A stretch of DNA of 62,995 nt, counting the filler, from Octopus bimaculoides (Eukaryota), in the NCBI RefSeq assembly GCF_001194135.2. It is 7 parts of 6 records of this genome, joined end to end, with 100 filler letters (N's around TTAATTAATTAA, not from the genome) between each part and the next. Parts side by side here need not be neighbours in the genome. Positions count along the whole stretch, not along the records: positions 22,135 to 47,675 come from NC_068990.1; positions 47,776 to 51,652 come from NC_068984.1; positions 51,753 to 62,995 come from NC_068989.1; 4 more parts are not named here. The stretch is one strand, 5' to 3'. The notes under the pieces are model-generated. The model was not told where the DNA came from. It made no database searches and worked only from the letters and a program-made list of their open reading frames with translations. Every line of letters starts with the position of its first letter. The stretch's first letter is position 1. The position numbers and the translations under genes were made by a program. Positions 47,205 through 61,500 of this stretch are shown one piece after another.

Positions 47205-47400
47205 ATTTTTTTTCTTTTTCATTAGACTGCGGTCATGCTGGAGCACTGTCTTGAAGAATTTTTAATCGAATGAATTGACCCCAGTACTTCGTTTTTTTAA
47301 AGCCTGGTACTTATTCTGTCAGTCTCTTTTGCTGAACGAGTAAGTTTCAGCAATATAAACACACCAACACTGACTGTCAAGCTGTGGTAGGGGACAAAAC
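47205..47400 (-). mobile_element. SINE family A 3' half
   Basis: Reverse complement of the 37690-37890 tail. Confidence 0.75.
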
Positions 47401-47433
47401 AGAGACAAAAACAAACAAATATAGATATATGAT

Positions 47434-47509
<76 letters not shown>

Positions 47510-48064
47510 TAATTATAAATCAATCCAAGGAAAAAACAATTTCCTTCAAAGGGATGGAGAGAATCCAATTTTCACTGGTTCTTTAGTTAAATACCATAAT
47601 ATAATAATGAAAAATCCGAACTTAAAATGGTATAATTTCAACATATAAATATTAAAGGAAATAGAGAAATACAATNNNNNNNNNNNNNNNNNNNNNNNNN
47701 NNNNNNNNNNNNNNNNNNNTTAATTAATTAANNNNNNNNNNNNNNNNNNNNNNNNNNNNNNNNNNNNNNNNNNNNAACAATGCATAAATCGTAATTTTTA
47801 AAAGAGCATGATTTCTCAGCCCAAGAATTACAGCGTGATGTGCTGCTTGACTGGTCCCCCCTCTCTCTCTCTCTCTTTATATATATATATGATGATGATG
47901 ATGATGATCTTTTCTCCCGCCATGCCTCTGTCTACCCCTCCATCCTCTCTCTCTCTTTCGTAGTTTTTCCTTAAGGTCTTCAGGTTCTGGCTATATATAA
48001 ATGAGAAACCCATTCTAAATTATCTCGCTGACATACTACGACGAAATCTCCAAGATGCAGATGT

Positions 48065-48420
48065 AGAAAAGGAGCACAGAGGAATTTCATAGGGTGTACT
48101 TAAATTGGTGTGGTGGGAGTCACAAACAGGCTGACAGTAAATGAAGGCCTTATATGTGGGAGATGAGTACAGGGGTATTTAGCACTGGAAGGAATTTATT
48201 TTATGAGTGCTTTGACTGCTAAGAAAGCTCCTTAGAAGTAAGTTGATATTCTGTTACCTAGGCAACATAATCAGTAGTGGAGGAAGGTATTCTGAAAGTA
48301 AAGGAGCCAGAACAGGATGGAGAAAATACAGGGGGCTGTTAGCACTTCTGGCAACAAAGAAAAGGTGGATTGTGCATTGCTTTGGTATGAATTGCAATAC
48401 TGCATTGTAAGGTGACACTG
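48065..48420 (+). mobile_element. Degenerate RTE-clade LINE fragment
   Basis: SLEV..FCYLGNIISSGGRYSES...GWRKYRGLLALLATK, the post-RT region of RTE elements. An RTE-type tail follows at 48425-48620. Confidence 0.7.
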
Positions 48421-49358
48421 GGCCCTCATCATCATCACCACTTAGATGCATGGGTTAGATGGCTTGATTGGAACTGGTAAGCCAGAGAGCTTTACCAGAC
48501 TCCCTGATTTCTACTGCTTGATGTTCTTCCAAATGCCAACCACTTCAAGAGTGTACTGGGCGCCTTTCATGTGTCGCCAGCAAAGGCACCTTTTACATGT
48601 CGCCGGCAAAGGTATCTTTTNNNNNNNNNNAATTCAAGACTTATGAAAACAAAACATTTGTACAACAGAGCCAGGGGCGGTTTCAGCTGGGTTGGTATCG
48701 AAAGGGTTAAACTGATCTAAATTAAAATCTACCATGAAAATTTCATGGTAATTTATGTTCCAAATACCAGCTTAACAACAATGACAGTTATTGTAACAAA
48801 TTCTTCATTATTTTCAAAATTAAATTAAAACACAGGCAATGTATTCCAACAGTTATAATGGTAAGAAGAGGTTAAAAGACTTTTTGCTCTACACAATCTT
48901 CTACAAACTGTCCCCGTCTCCTGTAACGTTCCCCCAGATTATCTGCAAGCTACTGCTCCTCATTATTCAGTGAATCCCAGGTAATGTATATAAAGGGTTC
49001 AACACAGAAATGAGAGCCTCAACGTAGTTACTTGTTCTGCTAGAAATGGTAGCTATATGTAAATCACACTCTACCACGTTTAAAAGAAAAAAAAAAGTGG
49101 GACAATGTGGTCCTGAATTCCCTGGACATTGGAACAAGACGAGACAGTCATGGATGGAATGCTTTGATCATGTGGGTGGAGGGTCTACTTGAATTGGAGC
49201 TGATTTGGGGGCAAAACAACAACTTGCAGCAAGTGTGAACTCTTGCCCTTTGACCTCCCATACAGTACACAGGGGTCTTAAATTGAAAACTATTCAACAG
49301 TCCACTTGGAAATATCTCCCACCCTTCCCTAACCTTCACTTCCGGTTCCACCAAGATC

Positions 49359-49397
<39 letters not shown>

Positions 49398-50066
49398 NNN
49401 NNNNNNNNNNNNNNNNNNNNNNNNNNNNNNNNNNNNNNNNNNNNNNNNNNNNNNNNNNNNNNNNNNNNNNNNNNNNNNNNNNNNNNNNNNNNNNNNNNNN
49501 NNNNNNNNNNNNNNNNNNNNNNNNNNNNNNNNNNNNNNNNNNNNNNNNNNNNNNNNNNNNNNNNNNNNNNNNNNNNNNNNNNNNNNNNNNNNNNNNNNNN
49601 NNNNNNNNNNNNNNNNNNNNNNNNNNNNNNNNNNNNNNNNNNNNNNNNNNNNNNNNNNNNNNNNNNNNNNNNNNNNNNNNNNNNNNNNNNNNNNNNNNNN
49701 NNNNNNNNNNNNNNNNNNNNNNNNNNNNNNNNNNNNNNNNNNNNNNNNNNNNNNNNNNNNNNNNNNNNNNNNNNNNNNNNNNNNNNNNNNNNNNNNNNNN
49801 NNNNNNNNNNNNNNNNNNNNNNNNNNNNNNNNNNNNNNNNNNNNNNNNNNNNNNNNNNNNNNNNNNNNNNNNNNNNNNNNNNNNNNNNNNNNNNNNNNNN
49901 NNNNNNNNNNNNNNNNNNNNNNNNNNNNNNNNNNNNNNNNNNNNNNNNNNNNNNNNNNNNNNNNNNNNNNNNNNNNNNNNNNNNNNNNNNNNNNNNNNNN
50001 NNNNNNNNNNNNNNNNNNNNNNNNNNNNNNNNNNNNNNNNNNNNNNNNNNNNNNNNNNNNNNNNNA

Positions 50067-50105
<39 letters not shown>

Positions 50106-50106
50106 T

Positions 50107-50137
<31 letters not shown>

Positions 50138-50917
50138 CACACTTGTTTGTGTGTGTGTGTAATATTTTATTTTGGTCAAGTCAGTCTCTTGCCACTCAGA
50201 GTTTCACTTGTGGAAGGGGTGCACAAGATTTTGCCTGAAGATTGTGCACCCACAAGCAAAACTCAGAGTAGCAAGAGACTGACTCGACCAAAAATAACAT
50301 ATATTAATCTCGGTGGCATTGGGCAGTCTCTTTTCCCCCCACAATCAACACACACAAACACGTCTTACATCCTGAAAGCAGTCCTCCACCATGGGCATGA
50401 CATTCAGTAAATAATAACACTGAGCTAAAACTAACACCTAGGAAACAAACTTCACCGTTTGTTTGCCACACATTCATTTAGGGGTGGGTGAGACGAATAT
50501 AAAGGTGTGGAGGACAAAGGGAAACACCTGGCTGTGGTACGAGGTAACTGTTGCTTTTAGGGGTGGCTTTAGACTACTGGAGGCTATAATATTACACCTG
50601 CTGCGACTGAACCAAGAGCCATCACCACCAACTGCATTTGAATACGATTGATAGAAATAAAGATAGCAGAGACGGTGGTAGTAGTAGTAGTAGTAGTAGT
50701 AATAAGATTATATTAACTGCAGTAGTAGTCGCAATGGTGGTGATGATATCAATAATGCATAGATCACAACGTACATACATGCATGAAGATATCTATAGTG
50801 TGTGTGACACACAGACACACACACATCTGTACTGTTCAAAACGAACAGATGTTTTCAATTGGGGATGTACGAAGAGATGGAGCAAACAGTGGGATGAACT
50901 CCGAGTAGCAGCAACAA

Positions 50918-50949
<32 letters not shown>

Positions 50950-51608
50950 GCATCCTTTTCCAAGTATATATATATATAGCATATTTGCATGGAATAAGCG
51001 AGAAAGAGAAGGGTGTGTGTGTGTGTGTGCTTATCTAGTCTATTGGTATTCGGGGTCAGCTAAAGGACAAGATAGGCGCTAAATTGGGTGAGAGAGAGTG
51101 TGGGGCGGAGGAGAGGGACAACGATGAAGAGGAGGCTACTTAGTAACGCGATACATAGCAACTAGCAGTGGGAAGGCGGTGGGAAGGTGTGTACGAGTGT
51201 GTGTGGGACGGTCGAGCGTGTTGAATGGTCGGTATGTATACACGGAGTGGAGTGTGTGTGTATTACTCGACCGCACAGATATAGGGAGAAGAATCCGTAC
51301 TTCTACCTCCTCCTCCTTCAACTCACAGGTCCCATAGTTGCAAATTGGATGCGAGGATTCTGGGTTGGCAATCAATGGAAGAAGGGACAGCCTCTATTCA
51401 ATTCGTCTTATATATAAGTGGCTTCAGTAGATAGACTGCGGCCATGTAGGAGCACTGCCTCATAACTGAACAAACACACCACACGATATATATAATTCCG
51501 TTCCTATATTTCTTGTGAATTTAATGAGCCTCTCGGAAAACCCTCAAAAGTATTATAGATTGGAACAATCTATTATACAGGTGGACGGTACTATCTAATC
51601 TATCAGAT

Positions 51609-51652
<44 letters not shown>

Positions 51653-52222
51653 NNNNNNNNNNNNNNNNNNNNNNNNNNNNNNNNNNNNNNNNNNNNTTAA
51701 TTAATTAANNNNNNNNNNNNNNNNNNNNNNNNNNNNNNNNNNNNNNNNNNNNATATATATATATATATATATATACATATATACATATATCCATATATCT
51801 ATGTATGCGTGTCTCTATGAAACCTGTGTCTGTATTTCTTGGTCCCTTTTGTATATTAACTTTGGCAATCAATGCTATTTTTCAATTGTATTATCAATGT
51901 TCTATATTCTGAAGTTAGTGTGTAATTACATAACTCAATAACCAGAATTAGTTGCCTCTTTTAAATTTCAATAGTTAAATTGTTTTATCTAAACTGTATT
52001 TCAAGCAGAATGTAATGCAATTGAAATATTTTATTGATTTATTTGATATTTCTGCTTTTTGTACACACCCACACCTACCCACACACACTCACACACACAC
52101 ACACTTACTATATGCATATATATATATATATAAATATATATATATATACACGTATACTTAGAAATACATACATTTACTCATACATGCATACGTACACACA
52201 CACGCATATATGTATACAATTA

Positions 52223-52267
<45 letters not shown>

Positions 52268-52470
52268 GTGTGTGTGTATAAATATGTATGTATTGTTTAA
52301 TTTTTATGGTTATCATCCGAAACTCGGTTTTGATTTCCCATCTGAAATCTTATTTAATTTTCTGGAATTTTGGAAACAATTTCACAAGTTAATGTTATCT
52401 TCTGTTTTCAACTGTGTCAATATTCAATGCAACATATTACTACTCACGAAAAACAATAATAATAATAACA

Positions 52471-52536
<66 letters not shown>

Positions 52537-55521
52537 CTAATAATAATGATGATAATATTAAACAGAAGGAAAATAAATTTCAATAGTGTAAACAATTAAA
52601 TAATAACAACAAAAAGTACTTCTGTAAAATTATTTAGAAGTTTTCTGTAATTAAATATTTAGCAAAGTTCTGTCAACAAAACTTGGGTGCTTGTCCTGAT
52701 GTTTCTTTAAGATAATCAAACTGTCAATAGCACTTAAATTTGTTTTCTCTTTCAAACATTATGAAAAGCTTTTGTGGTTGTGAACCAAGGTCTAAAACCA
52801 TCTAAGTTCAATCCCAGTTCGTATTTTCGCTTCCATTGTTTTCCCACTATTTGGGGACTTTTTTGTCTGTAATTCTAACATCTAGCACAAAAGAGTCCAA
52901 TGAAATCGATCAATAAATGCAGACTCAGATCTGTGTTTATCTTATTCAAAATTTCTAGTGAAATATGATATTGTCCGTAACCATTAGTCATCTGGTCAAG
53001 GGTAATCTGCTTATTAAAAATGAAATAAAGTTTCATACTATTACATGAAAAATAGTTAAGTATTCAACAAAAATTGACGCAATGCTGTAACGGAGACCTT
53101 ATGTGGTGTCACAACCAGCTAGAAATCACTATCAGATCTTCCTCAAATTTCATCCTACTGTCAGAAAAAGTGAAGGCATATTGACTCGTCCTTGTTGTTG
53201 GCGGATTATCTGAATAAAAGAAAGAGAGGCGTCGTAAATGACTTTCATCATATCTCTAACAATATAGAGTTGAAAACAAGCTAAACAACAATAACAAGAA
53301 TTGACGTGAGCCAGTAGGGTAAATCTTGCTCGACTCACAAGACAACTAATTCAAATCTCCTTAAAATGACATCTTACTCTGTTGTTATAAAGTGAAATAC
53401 GTTGGTGGAAATCTATTTCTGGTAAATGACATCTCAAATTTAAAAAAAAAACATATACTCTACTGTTAGATCACCTTTTATCATAGACTATAAGGGATGA
53501 CTGGCAAGACAATAATAATAATAATAATAATAAGAGCAACAACACCAATATTAGTATCATCAATAATAACAAAATCAACAATAACAGTAACAACAGATAA
53601 CATCACTTTTGCGTTAGCAACTTTGTGGCCACTCGAAATTAACTCCCTTTACACCTGTAAAATCCCCTCCATACTTCTAAAAACTACTTACATAGATGTT
53701 ACTTTGTATCAACATCACAGGTCCATAGCTATAACTAAGATTATAAGCCTACAAGAGGACCACCTCTACGGGGTTGCTCAATATGCTACAAATAGTAACT
53801 AACTTTCACTCAGGTCTTACTCACCGTTTTAATAAAATGCGAAGAATAATATAGAAGTTTCATCTGCTACGATACCCTTATAGACGTTCCTATTTACGCC
53901 AATACACACTAGTACTAAAGATATCATTCTCTAGTATAATAAGAATTTTATTAATCTATTGCAGTTGAATAATCGGAGCAAAATTCTCTACTTAACTATA
54001 ATTTACACGTATATTCAATCAATGTGCGTTGCGTTTGCAGAAGTATATTGAAGCAATCATGCAAAATGCGGATATGTAGAGACTAAGGAATATGTCATTT
54101 CTCATAGCGACAAGATAGAAATAATGCAAGAGGAAGCTACCACAAATATTTGCGAATATGTGACACTAGAGTAGCTGCACACATACAGAGTATTTCACAA
54201 ATAGTTATATGAATAACATATCACCACTAAGGTAGCTCGAACCATGGTTCTATAAAAATGTTAAGAGATCAAAATAAGCGGGGAAATTTAACCAAATTTT
54301 TTCAAGCGAACAATCTTTCCAAATTTAAGTGGTTAATTTGTTTCTCACTATGTCTATCTCTCTTGCTATCTCTCCCTCTGTCTCTCTCACTTCTCTCTCT
54401 CTCTCTCAGAATTATCACAGTAAGTTTCTGGAAGAAAATATTCACTTAATTTTAGCACCATGAGGTTTCTGGAACAAAACGTCCTTGATCTCACCAGAAA
54501 TTGAAAGACATGCGCGTACGCACGCATGCACACACACACACAAACTCTTTATATCACTGTTTTATAAAAGGTGTCTAATTCTTCCACGTAATTAATGGGG
54601 CAAATACATTTTTCTCTGACCGTACGATATCAATATTTGTTTCAGAATGAAGTAGATAAAATTGTCACAAAAAATATTCTAACTCCGGTGAAACTAAATT
54701 TCTACAATTTTTACTGGAGATAAATTAAGAAAGAGACCATCAAACCGAACAGAAACGTTATTCCCTTTGTGTATGTTGGAAAGTTAAAGCAGTTTACGTC
54801 AACGAGACAAGCTATATGCATTAAATATGTCTTATAGAGAAAGCCCAAAGAACAGAAAATAAACGTTCTCCAAAACAAATGCCCATCAAATGAAGAACAA
54901 AGGTCTCAACTCGATTAAATGGACAAATAACCGTAAAGAAAACACATTAAGAACGTCACTCACAGAAATAGAAATAAAATTAAATGTTCCAACTAACAGA
55001 AGAGCAGAGTAACTAAACCAGTGATGTAGAAAACATAAAAATCAACATAAAATATTTCTTAGGATTTTCAAAATAAACAGCATCAGTACCTTGTAAAATA
55101 ATGTCATTGCTAGAACGACGAAGATCATTTACTACAGACGCGCAAAAAATATATGAAATTTCTGTGTTATACATCCCTCTCCTGCTAAAAAGTTAATAAT
55201 TTAATTCAATTTGATAGAATGTCTAATAGTGTTCATATTCATAACTACCCCGTGCCGAGAAGATCCAACATAATCATAATCCACGAATGTTAAAATATTA
55301 AGGGCAATGACTAAGAGAATAATTAAAGAAATCAAATAAACACATAAAGGTATTTATGATTCCTCTCACTAATGAGACAAAACTATTCGTATGGAGACTG
55401 AAAAACGTTTCACTGTTTTCATATGCAGACCTAACCAATCAACTGGGGGATATTCAACACAGTTTTCATTACACTACCGTTATAGTGGAACTTGTATTCT
55501 TCAAAACAGTGATGATACACG

Positions 55522-55593
<72 letters not shown>

Positions 55594-55609
55594 CATCATC
55601 ATCATCATT

Positions 55610-56590
55610 GCATTTGCACAGCTTCTAACGCTGGATATGTACTACGGTGTCAGCTGTTCACTACCAGTGAACTAAGGTAACACCTCTTCTCTTTCAAGCA
55701 CCTTCCGGAGTATTCGAGCGGTTCCAAGCAGTGCTGTTTTCTGCAGGTGCTCCACCCTTATTGCAGCCCCGATTTGTTCCACACACTCCTCGAGATTTTT
55801 GGTCACTGTTCCCAGAGCACCGACAATTATAGGTACAACTGCTAACTTTTTCATCGACAACAACTGCTTAACTTCCCAATCTAACCTGTCAAATCTCTCG
55901 ACTTTTCTTTCTTCCTTATCGCATACCTTGGTGTCAGCTGGGCATGCTATATCTATCATCCAGTATAGTTTATTTTCTATCTCAATTAAGACTATGTCTG
56001 GCTTCCTATTCTCTATCTCATGGTCGCACTGTATCATAAAATCGCACAGGATCTTTGCCTTTGTATTTTCGACGATGCCTTCAGGTTTGTGGTCGTACCA
56101 ATTTTTTGCTGTCAAGTCCATACTTGTTGCAAAGTGTCCAGTGGTCAAACCTTGCTATATTGTCGTGGCGTCTCTTATATTCCTTCTGGGCTAGTGACGT
56201 ACATTGGCTGCTGATCTGCCATACAGTTTCACCGTTTCGTCCACAGATTCTGCACTTATCACTTTCTGCTGTGTTATCTATTCTGTATTTTATGTAGTGT
56301 ATTCGTAGTGCTTGCTCTTGGGCAGTACAGATTAGAGCCTTCGTTTCCGGTTTTAAATCACTTTTAGTCATCCACAGCCATCTTTTTTCTCTGTCTGTCT
56401 TATCTTCAACATCCATATGAAATTGACCATGCATTCTTTTCTTTACCCATCTATTTTCAGTTTCATTCCTTTTTTAATTTCTTGTATAGTGCTTTATCTT
56501 TGCAACGTGTCATTCTACACAAGCCTGACTTTCTAACTTCTAATAATAGCGGTTCTGTGGCATTTTTTACATGGAGATTTTACCAAATGT
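55610..56590 (-). mobile_element. R4/Dong-like non-LTR retrotransposon 3' fragment with restriction-like endonuclease, set in (TAA)n
   Basis: MHGQF, AQEQAL, CRICG...ETV.QI.S.C (zinc knuckle), RRHDNIA, RKPDIV...IDIACP (PD-D nuclease), VPIIVGALG and LQKTALLGTARILRKVL. (ATT)n tracts on both sides. Confidence 0.93.
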
Positions 56591-56634
<44 letters not shown>

Positions 56635-56650
56635 GGCGTTGTTGTTGTTG

Positions 56651-56699
<49 letters not shown>

Positions 56700-56886
56700 T
56701 TACTTTTAATCTGCATTNNNNNNNNNNNNNNNNNNNNNNNNNNNNNNNNNNNNNNNNNNNNNNNNNNNNNNNNNNNNNNNNNNNNNNNNNNNNNNNNNNN
56801 NNNNNNNNNNNNNNNNNNNNNNNNNNNNNNNNNNNNNNNNNNNNNNNNNNNNNNNNNNNNNNNNNNNNNNNNATTTTACCAAATGT

Positions 56887-56930
<44 letters not shown>

Positions 56931-56946
56931 GGCGTTGTTGTTGTTG

Positions 56947-56995
<49 letters not shown>

Positions 56996-57169
56996 TTACT
57001 TTTAATCTGCATTTTTATTACAGTCACTTGCCGAAACACATCCAGCGTCGTGGGGCGAGTGAAGGATAAGAGATGTTACAGTACGACTGAAAGCTTAGGG
57101 AGAGGACGTGTCAGGAGCAGTAGCGAAATATCTTCATGTAATACAACACATACATTTAAATGGATGAGG

Positions 57170-57470
57170 TTTTTCTAATGATGTGAGCAATACTTGTCAG
57201 CACAGTCTTCGGGATTTCTCTGAGACACGGTTCTCTTGGGATCTTATCTCTATGTTTCTGACATCCTATTTTTTATCATACATGTGGACCTACAATAACA
57301 GGAACAGTTCTCGGTTTAAGATGCCACATCTTTTGCATTTATATTTCCAAGTCCTTATATTTACTTAATTTGTCAAATTTCTTTACAAGTATATTTTTAT
57401 CAGTGGTAACTCTAACATCTATTAGTCTATTAGTTTATCTTTCCCGTCTTTAGCAATTATGTTTGCAGGG
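57170..57470 (-). mobile_element. RLE non-LTR 3' fragment (copy 2)
   Basis: LIDVRVTTDKN...KLSKYKDLEI...MWHLKPRTVPVIVG...KTVLTSIAHIIRK. Confidence 0.75.
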
Positions 57471-57900
57471 TATGATGGACAGTGACAGCTTTCCACAACC
57501 AGCAGACTAAGGTGACACTTGTTTACTGGTCATGCTTCAAGAACCCTTTTTAATCTATGATGGTAGTTGGGTACTGATACTTCCAAGTGCGCCAATTAAT
57601 ATTGGTACCACGTCTACTCTCATTATTGACCACAAGCTTTCTACTTCAAATCGTCATAATCGTCATAATGAGCAATTATGAAGTATTTGAAGTATTTCCT
57701 ACTGCAAATCCTCATAATCGTTCAATTTTTCTTCTGCCTCTTTGATTCGGTTGCCACTGGAACATGCTATGCCGATTATCATGCGTGTTCTTTTTTTTCC
57801 ACCACAACGATTGCCGATGTTTGGTCCCACAGGATTTTACAATTTTCATTCTTGATGACGCCTTCTGGGGTGTGCTCATAGCACGTCCTTGCTCTTTGTA
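57470..57900 (-). mobile_element. RLE non-LTR 3' fragment (copy 3)
   Basis: YEHTPEGVIKNENCKILWD...VVPILIGALGSI; its 3' UTR GTGTCACCTTAG resembles that of copy 1. Confidence 0.75.
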
Positions 57901-57989
57901 GGCCGTGATGTCCACAGAGCTCCCAAATAGATGATTCTTCTTATTAATATGTGGGTAGTGCATTACTACCTGTAACCGTAGTTGTCCGC

Positions 57990-58270
57990 AAGTTTTCATT
58001 CGTCTTTCAGGTGCTTAGAACCCTCCTGATAATTCTTGCTCTCCCCAAGTGTCAAACTTTCTGTAGGAGCTCTAGCGGACATTCTATCCCAATCTCCTTC
58101 AGCTATTTTTCTATAGTTTTGCTTATTGTTTCCAACGCACCAATTATCTTAAGCACGACCTTTACAGATTTCATACTTTAAAATCTTATTTCAAATTTTA
58201 AATGATTGTATTTTTTTCGTCGCTCTCCGATTCTGGAATCTAACGGGCAGATATTCACATGATTTCTATT
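57990..58270 (-). mobile_element. RLE non-LTR 3' fragment (copy 4)
   Basis: CPLDSRIGE...IIGALETISK...IGIECPLELLQKV*HLGRARIIRRVLST*. Confidence 0.75.
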
Positions 58271-58570
58271 CGCCCTCACATGCTCAAAAAATCCTCAGAT
58301 GATTTTTCCTCTTCCAACAGGTATACCTTCTGTGGAAGATATGCAGGACATTTCATCCTAGCCCCTAATATCCATTTGCCAATTTCATTGCTCAAAGTCT
58401 TTGATGTATCAATTATCGCAGGTTCAATCATTACGGATTTCTTGTTTCAAATTTCACCATCTCAAATTTTGAGGTGTTGTAGTTTTTCAACTTTTCATCT
58501 GCTTTCCTCACAATTCTAATTTCAAATGGACATGATAGACCGATCAATATTTGATATGTTCCATCTTTTT
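58270..58570 (-). mobile_element. RLE non-LTR 3' fragment (copy 5, most decayed)
   Basis: LSCPFEIRIV.KADEKL.NY...PAIIDT..TLSNEIGKW...KCP..LPQKVYLL. Confidence 0.55.
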
Positions 58571-61500
58571 ATCTGTTCGAATGGGAAAATTCCACCTGCT
58601 CAACAATTTCAGCTCTAGATATAAATGCGGCAGCCATCAGCGAGATCAAAGTTTCTGAATGACGAGGTTTCTCGCTCATTTTCTTTCGATTCAAGTTGTA
58701 AGCATCTTTAAATCGACTGGAATCAGGAAGTGGAGTAGTTCTGCTGTTTCAGAAGGGTCCAGATTTGATGATATTTAATGGATCTAGAAGGTAAGTTCGT
58801 AGTCCTGTATGTGAGCTGCAACGAAGCGGGTGCCTTCAGTCTAGCAACTGTCTAAACGCCGACCGGAGCAGAACAACCAGACCTCTTCAGGCATCTCGAC
58901 GTCCTCTGAACGTCCCGTACTGAAATTTGAGTGAATCCAGTTGCTATTTCTAGTAGGTGGAGTGAACTTGTCAAATTTCTCTTGGTGGTACTTGTTCTTT
59001 GAGAATGTAATGTGTAGGGTGAAAGGGCTGACGGATATACCAACACTAGGCTGGTATTTATTTTCAATTGTGTAGACTGAAGCACTGTGAAATATAACGC
59101 CCTACTCAAAAGAAAAATGTGGCAATCTTGTGCAGAACTTGAACCTTCGATCGAGATCCCAACCTCCTAATCACGAGACCGTGCATCTTCGCATAAAATA
59201 GTACCATTAGTACATGGTGGAGTTTATTCTGGCTTGACACTTCAGTATGACTTTATAGCTCAAAACCAAATCACCACTCTGACTGTATGGTCTCCATTAC
59301 TTCAAACGCTATTAAACATTACTCGTGAACAGTTTTGAACTAAAGTTAAATGTTAATAATGCCAATACATTTTTGTTTGTTTTATTTGTTCAGATTTATT
59401 TTATTTATTTACTCTATAAAACAGAAATGAGATTTATAGATAAAAGGAAATATCTGAGAGATCACTAGAATACTGTCCATTTGTGGTGTTTCATAGGTCA
59501 ATCATAAAGTAGATTCCTACGTAGATCGCTTTTGTTGGTGTATTTTGAAGTATATCCTGACATAAATGCACTTATACATAGTTGTAATGGCGTGAATATT
59601 TTAGCTTAATGAAAACCGATACAGAATATTTGTTTTAGGAAATGACTGGCTTTAGTTGTAAATGCTGTGCTTCTTTACGACTCAGTATTTAAGAGATCTG
59701 ACCAATTTAGTTATTCTTCCATGTACGTTTTCATGCTGTCATCTCTGTTATATATCGAGAGAATTCTACTTTGAAAACCAATTTGCAAAGGTTATTTTGC
59801 TTATTTGAAAGAATTCCTTTATATGTATTGTCTGTAATTCAAACATTTTATTGCTAAGAATATATTTACTTTAAGTTGTGATGGCATCGTGAAAGTTATT
59901 CTTGATGATAGCAAGGATAGCAATACAAGATAGGATAAACAGAGGGTTTAAACATGACTTAAATATTTCACAAGATTCGCTACAAAGATACCTGGGCGAG
60001 AAAATCAAATATTGTCAGTCATAAATGTTAGATCCAATGCTTTTTTATCAGGAGCCGAATGGACACCAAATTTCGGACTCCATTCATTAGGATTCCCCAC
60101 CACCATCTGTGAGAGCTAAGGGATTTCGATAAAGCATTTTTCTCTTTCTCTTGGAAACGTATACGTATTTAATTTATTGTTGTTGTTGTTATTTAGCCCC
60201 AAGTAATTTCTGATTAAATATATCTGTAACCAAGGTAATTCCTGTTTTTGACTAACTCATGTTTTTATATATTTAGGAATACAATGTCTACTTTGTCCGT
60301 TCTCTTTTAAAACAGTATGGTGAAACAGGAGTGGATTCGGTTGCTCTTTCTAATAGGTAGAGTGAACATGCAAAACCACTTTTTTTGCAGCAGTTGATGT
60401 TAGAGATGGCAGCAAAGTGCAAGAGTATGTTCACAAGGAATGTGGTTCAGAATATAAATGAGATAGTAAAGTTGGGCAAGAGAGAGATAGATGGTGACAA
60501 AATACCTGGGAATAACCTCCAGGCACAGGGATCACAATATAATTAGACGGGTATTGTCAAAGGTGCATGAGTTGGGAGTAGAGTATTTACATGAATTTAA
60601 AACTTGTTGCGGTGAGTAATGTTGTGACTGGCGAAACCTGGCTATTCAGAGTGGGTGTAGCAATGATACAGAGAGCAGGGCAGTGAGGACAAGATTGGGG
60701 AGCAAGATATAAGCATATGCATAGTGCATGAAAAAGAAGAAATGTGAGGAAGAGAAGAGATGCAGTTTGGTCTGTTGGGGTTACAGTGTTGATTATGTAG
60801 TATGAGAGAAAAGAATGAGAGTATAACGAGTTATTTATAAAACATTTATATTAAAAATTGTTTTGGTATTTGGTTTATAGGGACACAACAAAATTTATAT
60901 TAAAACTAAAAAGAATTTCAAATAATCAAAAAATTTCGAGGAGGGCATAAGATGTTGAATCATTAATCTTGGAAAGACAACACAATGAATCTTCTCGTAA
61001 CGAATATATGATTCTATGCATCTTATTTTCACAAAATTATTATCATATTTTCCATTGATATTTTCTTACGAAGGAGAAAACCAATCCCACTTGTTATTTT
61101 CATCTTTCGTTGTCTAATAAAATGTTTCTTATTTTAAGCGTATAAATGTGGAAATTTAAATGAGAATTTGGATTGAGAATAGAAGTTGTGAAAACAATAA
61201 ATACACTTCAGAAACACAATGCGAATAAGGCCCACTTGGATGGTTGTAAGGTGTGGAAAAGCAAATTAATTCCCGTCTAAAATCATAATTGAAATTCCTA
61301 TCTGTAATATATGTCGAAAATCTGGAGAAAATAATCTGAACACTTCTAAGGTGATTATGAAATGTATTTTTATGCTGAATGGATAAACGTTTTGATTAAT
61401 TCGCTATTATTCCAATGTAAGATGCAGGCGTATTTCTTTTTGATAATTGAACAGTAAACATGTGGGTAATTGTGAATTGTGTAAGTTGAAAGATACACTG

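Noticed and set aside
54041-54079. Candidate terminal exon KYIEAIMQNADM* (also acceptors at about 54640 and 55050)
   Set aside because: No similarity to the expected CCDC89 C-terminus; lone acceptors occur often by chance.
56571-57010. Exact duplications on either side of gaps (also about 616-870, 7130-7320 and 62560-62650)
   Set aside because: Typical unmerged contig overlaps.
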